A DNA stretch of 24,000 nt from Bacillota bacterium (lineage in GTDB: Bacteria; Bacillota_I; Bacilli_A; RFN20; CAG-826). Of this stretch, positions 1 through 9,780 are shown piece by piece. Each line of letters begins with the position of its first letter. The stretch's first letter is position 1. A program made the position numbers and the translations under genes. The stretch covers positions 86,505 to 110,504 of the forward strand of contig JAEWMX010000015.1 of assembly GCA_023393065.1 (NCBI GenBank), written 5' to 3'. The notes under the pieces were generated by a model. The model worked only from the letters and a program-made list of their open reading frames with translations. It had not been told where the DNA came from and made no database searches.

Positions 1-1
1 G

Positions 2-1141
2 ATGCTCCTTTGCTATGCGCACAAGACACCAAAGTATTTGCGGCTGGCCAAAAGCGATGAGAAAAGGAGTCGCTACTCGTATCGCGACTTGGTGGACATC
101 GCCGCGCGGCACGGCGTGATTCTGACAGCCTACAAGTTGCTGGACAAAGAGGAGATAAGAAAGCAGAAGATATGGCCTTTGCTCGTGGCGATAAAGCACG
201 ATAATGGGGGATTGCATCTCGTCGTCTTAAGACGCATTTCGAGAAAGGTTCATATCGATGACCCAAATTCCGGCGCGGTCAGCATGGCTTGGACTGACTT
301 TATCGAGCGATGGGACGGCTCGTTTTTGCAGATCAGTAAGGTATTAAGACCTTGCGAATTTAACAAAGAAAAACCAATCATCAAGACCGCAAAGCGCTTT
401 TTATTGCTTTGCTTGCAAACTTTCTCAGCCTTGTTTGCGCTCTTGGGTTTTGCTTTTGTCTCATCGCAAAGCTTTTTCGCCTATCCGCTTTTATTCTTTG
501 CCCTATTTATTATTTGCGAACTGCTCTTCAGGCGCTTTCAACTGGCGGTCTTAGCGGAGTTTGATGAGCATTTCATGCACCGGACCTACGACGAAGACAA
601 GGATGTCATGCGTCAGAAGTTTCGGCATTTTCACGATTTTAAAAAAAGCTATTTCTTATTTCCGCAAATTGTCATTGGTTCTCTCATCATCGCCTTTTTT
701 GCCTTGACCATCTTGGCCATCAACGACATTAGGCACCTTATCTTTTTGGCCATTCTTTCGCTGTTTGCACTATGCGACTTTTTCCTGAGCAAGGTAATCG
801 ATGGCAAAAACGAAAAAATCCTCAGCGCAATCGAAGAGGACAGTTTTCAAGAGAGTTTGATGAAAAGCGATGTCCTCGGCAATTATCAAAAGATGAGTGC
901 GCTCACCCAGCTGATAGCCAAAAGCGCCATCACCCGCAAGTATGTCGGGCTATTTTTAATTGGAGCTTGCGCTTTGACATATGCCGCGATCAGCGCTGCC
1001 GCGACGCTTAATTACTTCCTCTTCCATTTCTTCATCTATCTTCTGTTTTATGAAAATGTCGGAAAGTTATTTAATTGTCTATTTCGCATCGACAAGCTCC
1101 AGCGGGAAATCACGGAGTTCAAAGACCGATTTGTGCGATAG
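2..1141 (+). CDS. Peptidase C39-like domain protein fused to a six-helix ABC-exporter-like membrane domain, with no ATPase domain; 5' end cut by the window edge
   Basis: The ORF is open from the window edge to TAG 1139-1141. The first ~115 aa carry the His/Asp half of a C39 (double-glycine leader) peptidase fold: GGLHLVVL...VHIDDPNSG...FIERWDGSFL. The catalytic Cys region would lie just upstream of the window. Six hydrophobic segments follow, in three pairs separated by long charged loops. No Walker A or LSGGQ follows. Confidence 0.6.
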   Translation: MLLCYAHKTPKYLRLAKSDEKRSRYSYRDLVDIAARHGVILTAYKLLDKEEIRKQKIWPLLVAIKHDNGGLHLVVLRRISRKVHIDDPNSGAVSMAWTDFIERWDGSFLQISKVLRPCEFNKEKPIIKTAKRFLLLCLQTFSALFALLGFAFVSSQSFFAYPLLFFALFIICELLFRRFQLAVLAEFDEHFMHRTYDEDKDVMRQKFRHFHDFKKSYFLFPQIVIGSLIIAFFALTILAINDIRHLIFLAILSLFALCDFFLSKVIDGKNEKILSAIEEDSFQESLMKSDVLGNYQKMSALTQLIAKSAITRKYVGLFLIGACALTYAAISAAATLNYFLFHFFIYLLFYENVGKLFNCLFRIDKLQREITEFKDRFVR

Positions 1142-1168
1142 TATAATTTATTATAACTGTGATAAAAT
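1118..1168 (+). promoter_or_regulatory. Candidate sigma-A promoters for the ybeY-cdd-era-recO operon
   Basis: Candidate one is TTCAAA (1118-1123), an 18-nt spacer, then TATAAT (1142-1147). Candidate two is an extended -10, TGaTAAAAT (1160-1168). The region is AT-rich, so the choice is ambiguous. No clear SD precedes the ybeY ATG. Confidence 0.4.
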
Positions 1169-1187
1169 ATTATCATTGAGTCATAAC

Positions 1188-1643
1188 ATGGAAATCACTT
1201 TTACAAACACCGGCCCCTCGTCTTTTGATGACTATGAATCCGTATATCGCGAACTGGCGATCGCCATTTTTAAATATCTCAAAATAACCTCCGATTACAT
1301 CGTTGAAGTCAATCTCATCAACGATGAAGAAATTCAGGCCATCAACAAAGCCTATCGCGGCAAGGACGCACCAACCGATGTCATCAGCTTTGCCTTTCTT
1401 GATAATATCGAATCTGAAATCGCAATCAAAGGCGATGTCCCGCGCCTCCTCGGAGAAATCATGATTTCTTATGAGACGGCCGCAAGACAGGCGAAAAATT
1501 ATGGGCATTCTCTAGAAAGAGAGATGAAATTTCTCTTCACGCATGGTATTCTTCATTTGCTCGGCTACAATCACGAAACCGAGGAGCAAGAACAAGTCAT
1601 GTTCGCCCTGCAAGATCAGATCCTCGAAAAGGAGAAAAAATAA
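1188..1643 (+). CDS. ybeY: Endoribonuclease YbeY (rRNA maturation factor)
   Basis: The 151-aa product has the metal-binding motif HGILHLLGYNHE (HxxxHxxxxxH). I chose the ATG at 1188 (MEITFTN...) because the track start at 981 would overlap the upstream gene by 160 nt. The gene sits upstream of cdd-era-recO, as in Bacillus. Confidence 0.9.
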   Translation: MEITFTNTGPSSFDDYESVYRELAIAIFKYLKITSDYIVEVNLINDEEIQAINKAYRGKDAPTDVISFAFLDNIESEIAIKGDVPRLLGEIMISYETAARQAKNYGHSLEREMKFLFTHGILHLLGYNHETEEQEQVMFALQDQILEKEKK

Positions 1644-2041
1644 TGAACAGAGATCAATTAATCGAACTCGCCATCGAAGCTAGGACCTTATCCTACTCAC
1701 CGTATTCGCACTTTGCCGTCGGTGCCGCTTTGCTTTGCAAAGATGGCTCGGTTTATGTCGGCAGCAATGTCGAAAACGCTTCCTATCCATTGAGCATGTG
1801 CGCGGAGCGAAATGCTTTATATAGCGCCTTCATGGATCACAAGAGCCGAGAAGATTTCGTCGCCATGGCCGTCGTCGGCGATACTGATTCGCCAATCACC
1901 CCTTGTGGAGCTTGCCGCCAAGTCATCAGCGAACTCTTTCCGATGAACGCGCCGATTTATATGGCTAATATGCGCGGTGACGTCAAAGAGACGACTATCG
2001 CCGAGTTGTTACCTTTTGCCTTTGACGGAAGTGATTTATAG
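1643..2041 (+). CDS. cdd: Cytidine deaminase (small homotetrameric type)
   Basis: The product is 132 aa with zinc-ligand motifs CAERNA and PCGACRQ. The start overlaps the ybeY stop (TAATG), and GGAG lies upstream. Confidence 0.95.
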   Translation: MNRDQLIELAIEARTLSYSPYSHFAVGAALLCKDGSVYVGSNVENASYPLSMCAERNALYSAFMDHKSREDFVAMAVVGDTDSPITPCGACRQVISELFPMNAPIYMANMRGDVKETTIAELLPFAFDGSDL

Positions 2042-2914
2042 ATGAAATCGGGCTTCGTGTCAATTATCGGTCGACCAAATGTCGGTAAATCGACGATTTT
2101 AAACGCTCTCATCAATCAAAAAGTATCGATTGTCACGAATAAATCTCAGACGACTAGAGATAATATCAAGGGCATCTATGAAGATGGCGAAAGTCAGATA
2201 ATCTTCGTCGACACCCCTGGAATCCATAAACCCCATCACGAGTTGGGGCGCCTTATGAACCAAAGTGCCCTTGCCTCGACTTCGGGCGTCGAAGTCGTCG
2301 TTTTGGTCGTCGATGCATCCAAACCATTCGGCGACGGCGACAGTTATCTCTTTGCCGAACTTAAGGTCAATTGCCCGCTGATCATCGTCCTCAACAAGAT
2401 TGATTTGGCGACGATCGATCAGGTGCAAGGCTTAAAAGCTCGATATGCAGAATTATATCCGAGCGCGACGATTCTCGAGATGAGCGCCATTCGCTCATTT
2501 AATATCGAGGAATTAATAAAAATCATCAAATCGCACCTAAGCGATGGGCCGCGCTATTATCCAGTCGGTTCGATCAGCGATCGCGACGAGCAGTTTTTTA
2601 TCAAGGAACTCATTCGCGAGCAAGTTTTGATGCAACTTCGCGAAGAAGTGCCACATCAAATCGCCGTCGCCGTCGAAAAATTCCAGATTAAGAGCAAGGC
2701 CGTCGTCGTCGAAGCCTTGATCATCGTCGATAAACCGTCGCAAAAGGCTATCGTCATCGGTAAAGATGGGGCTCGCATCAAAGCGATTGGTATCAAAGCC
2801 CGCGAAGCCTTGGAAGCGCGCTACGAAAAAACGACTTATCTCCAGCTCTATGTAGCAATTAAAAAGGATTGGCTCAACAATCCGCGCCTCCTCAAAGAAT
2901 ACGGCTATAAATAA
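2042..2914 (+). CDS. era: GTPase Era
   Basis: G1 is GRPNVGKST, G3 is DTPG and G4 is NKID. The C-terminal KH domain shows VIGKDGARIKAIG. The ATG immediately follows the cdd TAG. Confidence 0.96.
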   Translation: MKSGFVSIIGRPNVGKSTILNALINQKVSIVTNKSQTTRDNIKGIYEDGESQIIFVDTPGIHKPHHELGRLMNQSALASTSGVEVVVLVVDASKPFGDGDSYLFAELKVNCPLIIVLNKIDLATIDQVQGLKARYAELYPSATILEMSAIRSFNIEELIKIIKSHLSDGPRYYPVGSISDRDEQFFIKELIREQVLMQLREEVPHQIAVAVEKFQIKSKAVVVEALIIVDKPSQKAIVIGKDGARIKAIGIKAREALEARYEKTTYLQLYVAIKKDWLNNPRLLKEYGYK

Positions 2915-3633
2915 TGGAAATAATCGGTATTGTCACGCGTTTGACGCCCTTTAAAGAAAAAGACGCGATGATCAATGTCGTCGGCGCCGATCGAACATAT
3001 TCTTTTTTGGCGCGCGGCGTCTTGGGAATCGCCAGCAAAAACATGGCTAGCGTTCAGCCTTTCAGCAAGTCGCGCTTTCTTCTTACCAAAGGTAAAGAAG
3101 GATTGTCGCTCCGAAGCGGAACCCTGATAAGCTCATATGCAAAAGCTAGGGAAAGTCTCAATGGTCTGACGGCTTTATCGTTTATCGGCGAGCTGACCAA
3201 CAAAGCGATCGAAAGCGAAGAAGCGGAAAAGGTATTTACCTCTCTTGATGCGGCGCTGAGCCATATCGCAGCCGGATTTCACCCTTTGACCATCGTCCTT
3301 TTATATTTCGCCGCCGTCTTAAAAGCCATCGGCTACGGACTCGAAGTGACAAAATGCGTCATTTCCGGTCAGAAAAGCGATATTACGGCGATTTCATATC
3401 TCGATGGAGGATTTGTCGCATCGCCTTCTTTCGACGCTTTGCGCCATCAGAAGCGAAGCGAGCGCCAGCTCAAGATTCTTCGCCAGATCTTCCTGGCCAA
3501 ACCCGAGGACTTTAATCGCGTGGCTTTTGAAAGCGGTGAATGCCTGGAAATAATCAAAGATTTATCAATTTATCTACAAGATGCGGCCGGCATCAAACTT
3601 AAAAGTATCTTTCTATTAGAAAAATCTTCATAA
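2914..3633 (+). CDS. recO: DNA repair protein RecO
   Basis: The 239-aa ORF directly follows era (TAATG overlap), which is the conserved Firmicute position. Length and the N-terminal OB-like region fit RecO. The usual Cys-rich zinc motif is reduced to one Cys (TKCVISG). Confidence 0.8.
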   Translation: MEIIGIVTRLTPFKEKDAMINVVGADRTYSFLARGVLGIASKNMASVQPFSKSRFLLTKGKEGLSLRSGTLISSYAKARESLNGLTALSFIGELTNKAIESEEAEKVFTSLDAALSHIAAGFHPLTIVLLYFAAVLKAIGYGLEVTKCVISGQKSDITAISYLDGGFVASPSFDALRHQKRSERQLKILRQIFLAKPEDFNRVAFESGECLEIIKDLSIYLQDAAGIKLKSIFLLEKSS

Positions 3634-3687
3634 ATTTATTAACTACACTTATAATAGGTTGACAACACATCCACCAGGGCATACACT
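3627..3687 (+). promoter_or_regulatory. Two tandem candidate sigma-A promoters upstream of glyQS
   Basis: Candidate one is TTCATA (3627-3632), a 17-nt spacer, then TATAAT (3650-3655). Candidate two is TTGACA (3659-3664), a 17-nt spacer, then TACACT (3682-3687). GGAGG at 3709-3713 precedes the ATG at 3721. Confidence 0.45.
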
Positions 3688-3720
3688 TGGGCGGCTTGCG
3701 TTTTGCGCGGAGGAACACAT

Positions 3721-5088
3721 ATGAAATATGATTTTGACACAATCGTGAACCATTTGATCACCAGCGGTTTTGTCTATCAAGGTTCTGAAATTTATGGCGG
3801 TTTATCCAATACTTGGGACTATGGTCCACTCGGCTCCGAATTGAAAAACAACCTCAAAAGAGCTTGGTGGAAGAAGTTTGTCCAAGAGTCGCCGACTAAT
3901 GTCGGCATCGACGCTTCAATCTTGATGAATCCCCGCGTTTGGGAAGCCACTGGTCACGTCTCGGCCTTTAACGATCCGCTCATCGATTGCAAGAGTTGTC
4001 GGGCTCGACACCGAGCCGACGAGCTCATCAGCAAAGCCCATCCCGAAGTCAATGTCGCGTCCTTATCAAACGACGAGATGAATGCTTTTATCAAAGATAA
4101 GAAAATTCCTTGCCCTGTCTGCGGCAAATCTGATTTTACGGATATTCGCCAGTTTAATATGATGTTTAAAACCCATATCGGCGTCGTCGAAGATTCGAAG
4201 TCGGTCGTCTATCTTCGCCCCGAGACCGCACAAGGTATCTTCGTTAACTTTCGCAACATCCAGCGGACTACCAGAAGAAAATTGCCATTAGGCATCTGCA
4301 ATGTCGGCAAGAGTTTTCGCAATGAGATCACCCCCGGGAATTTCATCTTTAGAACTCGCGAGTTTGAGCAGGCTGAACTCGAATTTTTCTGCAAGCCAGG
4401 AACTGATCTCGAATGGTTTGAATATTGGAAGAGCTACTGCTTAAAATTCCTTAAGAGTCTAAATATCAATCAAGAAAAACTGCGTTATCGCGACCACGAT
4501 CCCAAAGAGCTTGCTTTTTATTCAAAAGCAACATGTGATATCGAATACGAATTCCCATTTGGATGGGGGGAGCTTCTAGGTATAGCCGACCGCACCGACT
4601 ACGATTTGAAACGGCACATGGAATATAGTGGCGAGTCGCTCGAATATCTCGATAGCGACAGCGGTGAAAAATATGTACCATACTGCATCGAGCCGTCATT
4701 TGGCGTCGATCGTTTGATGCTGACGGTCATGTGCGACTCTTTTGTCGAAGAGCAATTGGAAAAAGACTCGCGCATAGTCATGAAACTGCATCCCGCACTG
4801 GCGCCATATAAAGTGGCGGTTTTGCCTTTAAGCAAACAGCTCAACGAAAAAGCCAAAGAAGTAGTGAATATCCTCAATAAGTATTTCGCCGTTACTTACG
4901 ACGAGACGGGAAGCATCGGTAAACGCTATCGGCGACAAGATGCCATCGGCACTCCTTACGCGGTGACCGTCGACTTCGATACGGCTAACGATCAAAGCGT
5001 CACAATTCGTGACCGCGATACGATGAATCAAATCCGCTTGCCGATTAAAGAACTTGTTGGATACTTTGGCGTCAAATTGTTCTATTAG
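3721..5088 (+). CDS. glyQS: Glycine--tRNA ligase, homodimeric (alpha2) class II type
   Basis: The product is 455 aa from ATG 3721, which has a GGAGG SD. The track start at 3703 is a TTG with no SD. Class II core strings are [44 protein letters not shown] and PSFGVDR. A C-terminal anticodon-binding domain is present (VAVLPL...[14 protein letters not shown]). Confidence 0.95.
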   Translation: MKYDFDTIVNHLITSGFVYQGSEIYGGLSNTWDYGPLGSELKNNLKRAWWKKFVQESPTNVGIDASILMNPRVWEATGHVSAFNDPLIDCKSCRARHRADELISKAHPEVNVASLSNDEMNAFIKDKKIPCPVCGKSDFTDIRQFNMMFKTHIGVVEDSKSVVYLRPETAQGIFVNFRNIQRTTRRKLPLGICNVGKSFRNEITPGNFIFRTREFEQAELEFFCKPGTDLEWFEYWKSYCLKFLKSLNINQEKLRYRDHDPKELAFYSKATCDIEYEFPFGWGELLGIADRTDYDLKRHMEYSGESLEYLDSDSGEKYVPYCIEPSFGVDRLMLTVMCDSFVEEQLEKDSRIVMKLHPALAPYKVAVLPLSKQLNEKAKEVVNILNKYFAVTYDETGSIGKRYRRQDAIGTPYAVTVDFDTANDQSVTIRDRDTMNQIRLPIKELVGYFGVKLFY

Positions 5089-5135
5089 TAGTATTTTAGT
5101 ATTTTATTAGTTAGGAAAGGAGGAGCCCATATATC

Positions 5136-6935
5136 ATGATATATGAATCAAGTTTAGTCGACGACATTCTTAAGCAAGCTGATATCGTAAATGTCATCTC
5201 TAGTTATATAAACGTAATTCAAAAAGGTCGCAATTATGTGGCCCTTTGCCCTTTTCACGACGACAAAAATCCTTCGATGATGATTTCTAAAGACAAGCAA
5301 ATATTTAAGTGCTTTGTGTGTGGCGCCGGCGGAAACGCAATCGGCTTTGTCGAAAAGTATGAAAAGATTCCTTTCGCGATGGCGATACGCAAGACGGCCG
5401 AAATCATCGGTTTTCAAGATGTCAGGCTCACTAAGCCAGTCAGCTATGCCCAAATCGATGAGACGCTCGCTCCTCTTCAGGATTGCATCGAAGATTTAAC
5501 GACTTATTATCAATTCGGCTTATCGACCGAGGAAGGTGCCAAAGCCCGCGAATACCTCGAAGGTCGCCACATCGACCAAGATCAGCAGGAGCGTTTTCGT
5601 CTAGGCTACGCGATCAGAGACGGAAAAGGCACAGTTTCTTACTTACAGCAAAAAGGATATAGTCTAAAGACTATTGAGGGAATTGGCATCGCCTTAGCCA
5701 AAGCTGAAGGGACGGCGGATTCAAATGCCGGTCGCCTCATTTTCCCGATTCACGATGGAGATGGGAAAGTCATCGGTTATAGCGCCCGAAAACTTTTTGA
5801 TGAAACCGAAGGGCCGAAATACATCAACTCTCCCGAGACAAAACTTTTTCACAAGAGTTCCGTCTTCTATAACTTACACAATGCGAAGCTGACAGCCAAA
5901 CATGATGGCTACATATACGTACTTGAAGGTTTTATGGATGTCTTTGCCCTCGATAAAATCGGCATCAAATCAGCAATTGCTATCATGGGAACAGCTCTGA
6001 CCAAAGAGCAAGCAAATATCCTCAGGCGCCTCAACGTTGAGATTCGCCTCTGCCTCGATGGCGACGCCGCCGGCCAGATGGCGATGATGAGAATCACCGG
6101 AGTTCTCGATGCCGCCGGGGTCAAATATCGCCTCGTCTCGGAACCGGGAAACGAATTAGATCCTGATGAAATATTGCAAAAAAACGGCGAAGAGGGCCTG
6201 CGCAAATATCTTAATATGCTCGTCGATCCCTTTGAGTTCGCCTTAAACTATTATCAGCATACCAACCCTTTGGGTTCGCTCGAAGATCGTCAGAAAGTCG
6301 TGAATTACTTTATGCCGATGCTCGTGCAAATTCCTAAAGGCATCGATCTCGACAATCGCATCTTTCGCCTTTCAAAAGTCACGCGCTTTGACCCGCAGGC
6401 CATCGCTAAATTTGTCGATGAAGCCCGCAATCGGGCAAGCGCCGAGATTCCCAAAGTTTCCGAGCTTCCCGAGATGGAGTTTAAACCCTTCAGAAAGGAT
6501 TTGCGGCGTCTGCAAAACGCGGAACGGCAGCTCCTCTACAGCATGTTTAAGGACAAGAACGCCGTCGACTTCTATGAAAAGAATGTTCAGTACTTCTACA
6601 TCGAAGTCTATCGGCACATCGCCTTGCACATCATCGATTATCTCTCGAAGCACGATAGTATCGATGTCTCGCTTCTCATTAATGAGATCTCCATGAAAGA
6701 AGCGCCGAACAAAGACGAAATCATCAATGAGATCACTAGTCTAAACGCGAAGAACATCTATCCTGAGCCAACGGAAAAAAGCTTGCTCGAAATGCGCGAT
6801 GTCATTAAAGAAGAAACGCAAAATCTCTACGAGAAGGAAGCTCTCAAAAAATCGTTGCTCGGCAAAACACCGCGCGAACAAGCGCGCATAATCGACGACT
6901 ACAATCGTCGCAAGATGAAAAAAATCGGCAAATAA
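5136..6935 (+). CDS. dnaG: DNA primase
   Basis: The zinc ribbon reads [11 protein letters not shown]...[17 protein letters not shown] strings are YVLEGFMDV and LCLDGDAAG. The product is 599 aa. GGAGG at 5119-5123 lies upstream. Confidence 0.96.
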   Translation: MIYESSLVDDILKQADIVNVISSYINVIQKGRNYVALCPFHDDKNPSMMISKDKQIFKCFVCGAGGNAIGFVEKYEKIPFAMAIRKTAEIIGFQDVRLTKPVSYAQIDETLAPLQDCIEDLTTYYQFGLSTEEGAKAREYLEGRHIDQDQQERFRLGYAIRDGKGTVSYLQQKGYSLKTIEGIGIALAKAEGTADSNAGRLIFPIHDGDGKVIGYSARKLFDETEGPKYINSPETKLFHKSSVFYNLHNAKLTAKHDGYIYVLEGFMDVFALDKIGIKSAIAIMGTALTKEQANILRRLNVEIRLCLDGDAAGQMAMMRITGVLDAAGVKYRLVSEPGNELDPDEILQKNGEEGLRKYLNMLVDPFEFALNYYQHTNPLGSLEDRQKVVNYFMPMLVQIPKGIDLDNRIFRLSKVTRFDPQAIAKFVDEARNRASAEIPKVSELPEMEFKPFRKDLRRLQNAERQLLYSMFKDKNAVDFYEKNVQYFYIEVYRHIALHIIDYLSKHDSIDVSLLINEISMKEAPNKDEIINEITSLNAKNIYPEPTEKSLLEMRDVIKEETQNLYEKEALKKSLLGKTPREQARIIDDYNRRKMKKIGK

Positions 6936-6951
6936 CCGAAGAGGAGAAAAT

Positions 6952-8352
6952 ATGGCAAATAAGAACAAGGGCGTAGAAAAAATTGACGAAAAAGGTCAAA
7001 AGGCCAAACCCGCTAAGGTTAAGGATGCCAAATCGCCACTCAGTAAAAAACCTGTCGACGTGAAAAAAGAAGCGAAGGCCAAAAAAACAAAAGCCGAAGC
7101 GAAAGCGAACAAGAAGACCAAAAAAGGCGACGAAGACGAGGAAGAGCCCGTTATTATCGTCGACGAGGAAGAAGAGATTGAATCGCTCGAGACGATTAAA
7201 AAGCGAATCGTCAAAACCTTTAAGGAACGCGGCTTCATCGACATGAGCGAAGTCCTCGATGAAACCTCACACCTTGATCTATCCGATTCTGATGTCGAAG
7301 ACTTAATCGTCTTCTTTAAGAGCAAAGGGGTCGATGTCATCTCCGATATCGATGCCGAAGCCGATATAGATGATATTCCTGAAGAAGAAATCGCCAAAGG
7401 CGAGACCCTCGTCGAGGATATAATCGACGAAGACGAGGAAGCAGATGATGAAGAGGTCGAGGCCCTTGCTGAAATCGACGATTTGTCTAAGCTTGCAACC
7501 GGCGAAGTCAAAGTCAACGACTCCGTCAAAATGTATCTTAAAGAGATCGGCCGCGTCGATTTGTTGCGCCCGGAAGAAGAGCCGATTTTGGCCAAGCGCA
7601 TCCTCGAGGGCGATATGGCGGCGAAAAATGAATTGATCAACGCCAACCTGCGCCTCGTCATCAACATCGCCAAACATTACAGTCGCGGTAAAGCCATGGA
7701 TTTTCTTGATTTGATTCAAGAAGGCAATCTCGGCCTCATGAAAGCCGTCGATAAATTCGACTACACGAAAGGCTTTAAGTTTTCGACTTATGCGACATGG
7801 TGGATTCGCCAGTCAATCGCACGCGCCATCGCCGACCAAGCTCGGACAATTCGCATTCCCGTCCACATGGTAGAAACGATCAATAAGATGAAGCGGGTGC
7901 AAAGGCAACTCGTCCAGCGCTTTGGACGCGAGCCAACTGCCGAAGAAATTTCCGATGAGCTCGAAGGATTCCTCTCCCCCGAACGAATTCGCGAAATTCA
8001 AAGAATCGCCCTCGATCCGGTTTCTTTAGAATCGCCAATCGGCGAAGAAGAAGACTCCCACCTCGGTGATTTTATCGAAGATAAAGAAGCCGAGACACCA
8101 GTTGATTTCACGACCAAATCTCTTTTAAAAGATGAATTGTACGAAGTCATGAAAGATTTGACCGACCGCGAGGAGCGGGTTTTGCGCCTGCGCTATGGAC
8201 TCGATGATAATCGGCCGCGAACGCTCGAAGAAGTCGGGCGCGAATTTGGCGTCACTCGTGAGCGAATACGTCAAATAGAAGCTAAGGCCATTCGCAAGCT
8301 TCGCCATCCGACTAGAGCGAAGCGCTTGGGAGATTTTCGCGATTCGCGATGA
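6952..8352 (+). CDS. sigA: Primary RNA polymerase sigma factor (sigma-70/SigA) with a lysine-rich N-terminal extension
   Basis: Region 1.2 is [12 protein letters not shown], region 2 is [17 protein letters not shown], and region 4.2 is [29 protein letters not shown]. The gene follows dnaG as in the Bacillus sigA operon. GAGGAG serves as SD. The stop is TGA at 8350-8352. Confidence 0.96.
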   Translation: MANKNKGVEKIDEKGQKAKPAKVKDAKSPLSKKPVDVKKEAKAKKTKAEAKANKKTKKGDEDEEEPVIIVDEEEEIESLETIKKRIVKTFKERGFIDMSEVLDETSHLDLSDSDVEDLIVFFKSKGVDVISDIDAEADIDDIPEEEIAKGETLVEDIIDEDEEADDEEVEALAEIDDLSKLATGEVKVNDSVKMYLKEIGRVDLLRPEEEPILAKRILEGDMAAKNELINANLRLVINIAKHYSRGKAMDFLDLIQEGNLGLMKAVDKFDYTKGFKFSTYATWWIRQSIARAIADQARTIRIPVHMVETINKMKRVQRQLVQRFGREPTAEEISDELEGFLSPERIREIQRIALDPVSLESPIGEEEDSHLGDFIEDKEAETPVDFTTKSLLKDELYEVMKDLTDREERVLRLRYGLDDNRPRTLEEVGREFGVTRERIRQIEAKAIRKLRHPTRAKRLGDFRDSR

Positions 8353-9008
8353 TTAAAATAGGAAAACGGCTGATTGCCATCGCCAGCTTTGTCGATAAGT
8401 GCTCCGTCGTCGCCGATGTCGGCGCCGATCACGGCAAACTTCTCATTCACCTGGCTGAATTAGGTAAAGTTGCAAAAGGCTACGGCATAGAAAACAAAAG
8501 TGGCCCTTTTCAAATTTTAGAGAGTAATTTGTACCATCACAATCAGGCTGAGTTGCAAGCACTACTTCAAGACGGCATCACCAAGCTCGAAAAAGATGTC
8601 GATACGCTCGTCTTAGCCGGCCTCGGCGGAGAGACGATTATCAACATCCTCAAAAGCGGCGCTGAGAACTTAGAAAACGTCAAGACGATCATCACCGATT
8701 CGCACACTTCAATCGGCGAAGTTCGGCGCTACATCGTCAGTTTAGGATTTATCATCAAAGATGAGGTGCTCATCGAAGAAAAAAGTAAGTTCTACGAAAT
8801 ATGCAAATTCGAGAGGAGCGAAACGCCGAGAAATTATACTGATTTCGAATATCGCTACGGCCCGATCATCATTCAGAGCCAAGCCTTTAAACACTACGCC
8901 CTCATTATCATTAAAAGGATGGATGCCATTCTTAATAAAGATCTTCCGGAGGCGATGAAAAACCTCGTGCGTCAAGAAAGAGAGATTTTATTGACCTATG
9001 AAAACTAA
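8349..9008 (+). CDS. trmK: tRNA (adenine22-N1)-methyltransferase TrmK (YqfN family)
   Basis: SAM-methyltransferase strings are [11 protein letters not shown] and [13 protein letters not shown]. The product is 219 aa. There is an ATGA overlap with the sigA stop. The position after sigA matches the Bacillus yqfN slot. Confidence 0.85.
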   Translation: MIKIGKRLIAIASFVDKCSVVADVGADHGKLLIHLAELGKVAKGYGIENKSGPFQILESNLYHHNQAELQALLQDGITKLEKDVDTLVLAGLGGETIINILKSGAENLENVKTIITDSHTSIGEVRRYIVSLGFIIKDEVLIEEKSKFYEICKFERSETPRNYTDFEYRYGPIIIQSQAFKHYALIIIKRMDAILNKDLPEAMKNLVRQEREILLTYEN

Positions 9009-9780
9009 AGCTTTAATTCGCAAGCTGGCGGTTCGCTTTCCCAAGCGGATTGCCGAACCTGGTGACCGGGTCGGTTTAATGACCGGTAAATTAAAAGACG
9101 AAACCAAACGCATTGTCGTCTGCCTTGATTTTGACGAGGAAGTGATGCGGCGCATCGAAGCGATGAACGATGGCGATATCGATCTTATCTTAACCCATCA
9201 CCCGTTCTTGTATCGCTCCCGCTATCAAGTGTTCAAAAATGACGAAGTCAAGAAGAGGTTGACGGAAAAAGTCGACGCTCTCGGCATTCCCGTCTACAGC
9301 ATGCACACCAACTTCGACAGCGGGAAAGGCGGAATGAACGACGCTTTAGCGTCCGCTCTCGGCTTAGTCGACATTCGCCAGCTAGAAACCATGCCGATGG
9401 CACGCGGTGGGCGCCTCCAACATAAGATGGGGGTCAAACAGTTTGCTAAAGAAGCGGCTCGTTTGCTCAAAGTGCCTTACGGCTTGCTCATCGATGCCGG
9501 TAAAGCCGAGATTGAGACGGTGGCGATCATCGGTGGCGGTGGCAGTTCGTATTTTCATAATGCCTTACAAGAAGGCTATGACATCTATATTAGCGGCGAC
9601 GCTCCCCATCACGTCCGACGCGATGTCGTCTTACGCAATTACAACTATCTTGATCTGCCGCACGAAATCGAGCGCATTTTCGTCACCCAGATGAGCAAAA
9701 TATTAAAAGAGATCAGCGAAGATCTCGAAGTCATCGCCATCAATCACGAAGAGACGCCAAAAGTTATTTTAATAGATTGA
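8998..9780 (+). CDS. yqfO: Nif3-like dinuclear metal centre protein (YqfO / GTP cyclohydrolase 1 type 2 family)
   Basis: NIF3 metal-ligand strings are LILTHHPF, YSMHTNFD and ISGDAPHH. The product is 260 aa. It overlaps trmK by 11 nt. Confidence 0.88.
   Translation: MKTKALIRKLAVRFPKRIAEPGDRVGLMTGKLKDETKRIVVCLDFDEEVMRRIEAMNDGDIDLILTHHPFLYRSRYQVFKNDEVKKRLTEKVDALGIPVYSMHTNFDSGKGGMNDALASALGLVDIRQLETMPMARGGRLQHKMGVKQFAKEAARLLKVPYGLLIDAGKAEIETVAIIGGGGSSYFHNALQEGYDIYISGDAPHHVRRDVVLRNYNYLDLPHEIERIFVTQMSKILKEISEDLEVIAINHEETPKVILID

Noticed and set aside
981-1187. N-terminal extensions suggested by the ORF track for ybeY (981), glyQS (3703), cshB (10668), nfo (11944), the MBL hydrolase (14273) and yhbY (22976)
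   Set aside because: The extensions overlap the preceding gene in another frame or run through promoter elements. They lack SDs and add non-homologous residues. Internal ATGs with SDs give N-termini that match the families.
3634-3720. Possible T-box riboswitch leader upstream of glycyl-tRNA synthetase, as is classical for glyQS in Bacillus and glyS in Staphylococcus
   Set aside because: Only 87 nt separate the recO stop and the glyQS ATG, and up to ~60 nt of that is taken by candidate promoter elements. I cannot find the conserved T-box sequence (AGGGUGGNACCGCG-like), a specifier loop, or a terminator/antiterminator pair. The absence itself is mildly informative, but no RNA element can be called.
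5090-5105. Tandem direct repeat AGTATTTT AGTATTTT between glyQS and dnaG
   Set aside because: There are only two 8-nt copies in AT-rich spacer DNA, with no associated structure or conserved motif I can recognise.
6996-7719. Long antisense ORFs (225 aa and 138 aa) opposite the 5' part of sigA
   Set aside because: They are Ser/Ile-rich, low-complexity mirror images of the Lys/Glu/Asp-rich sigA codons (GAA, GAT and AAG read in reverse). They have no SD and lie inside a strongly supported gene.
8350-8352. Possibility of Mollicutes genetic code 4 (UGA = Trp), raised by the Mollicutes-like EF-P loop
   Set aside because: Every conserved gene is intact under the standard code with Trp as TGG, and none has an in-frame TGA. 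TGA is rare as a stop here (sigA only, where read-through would add just 3 codons). The data still fit code 11.
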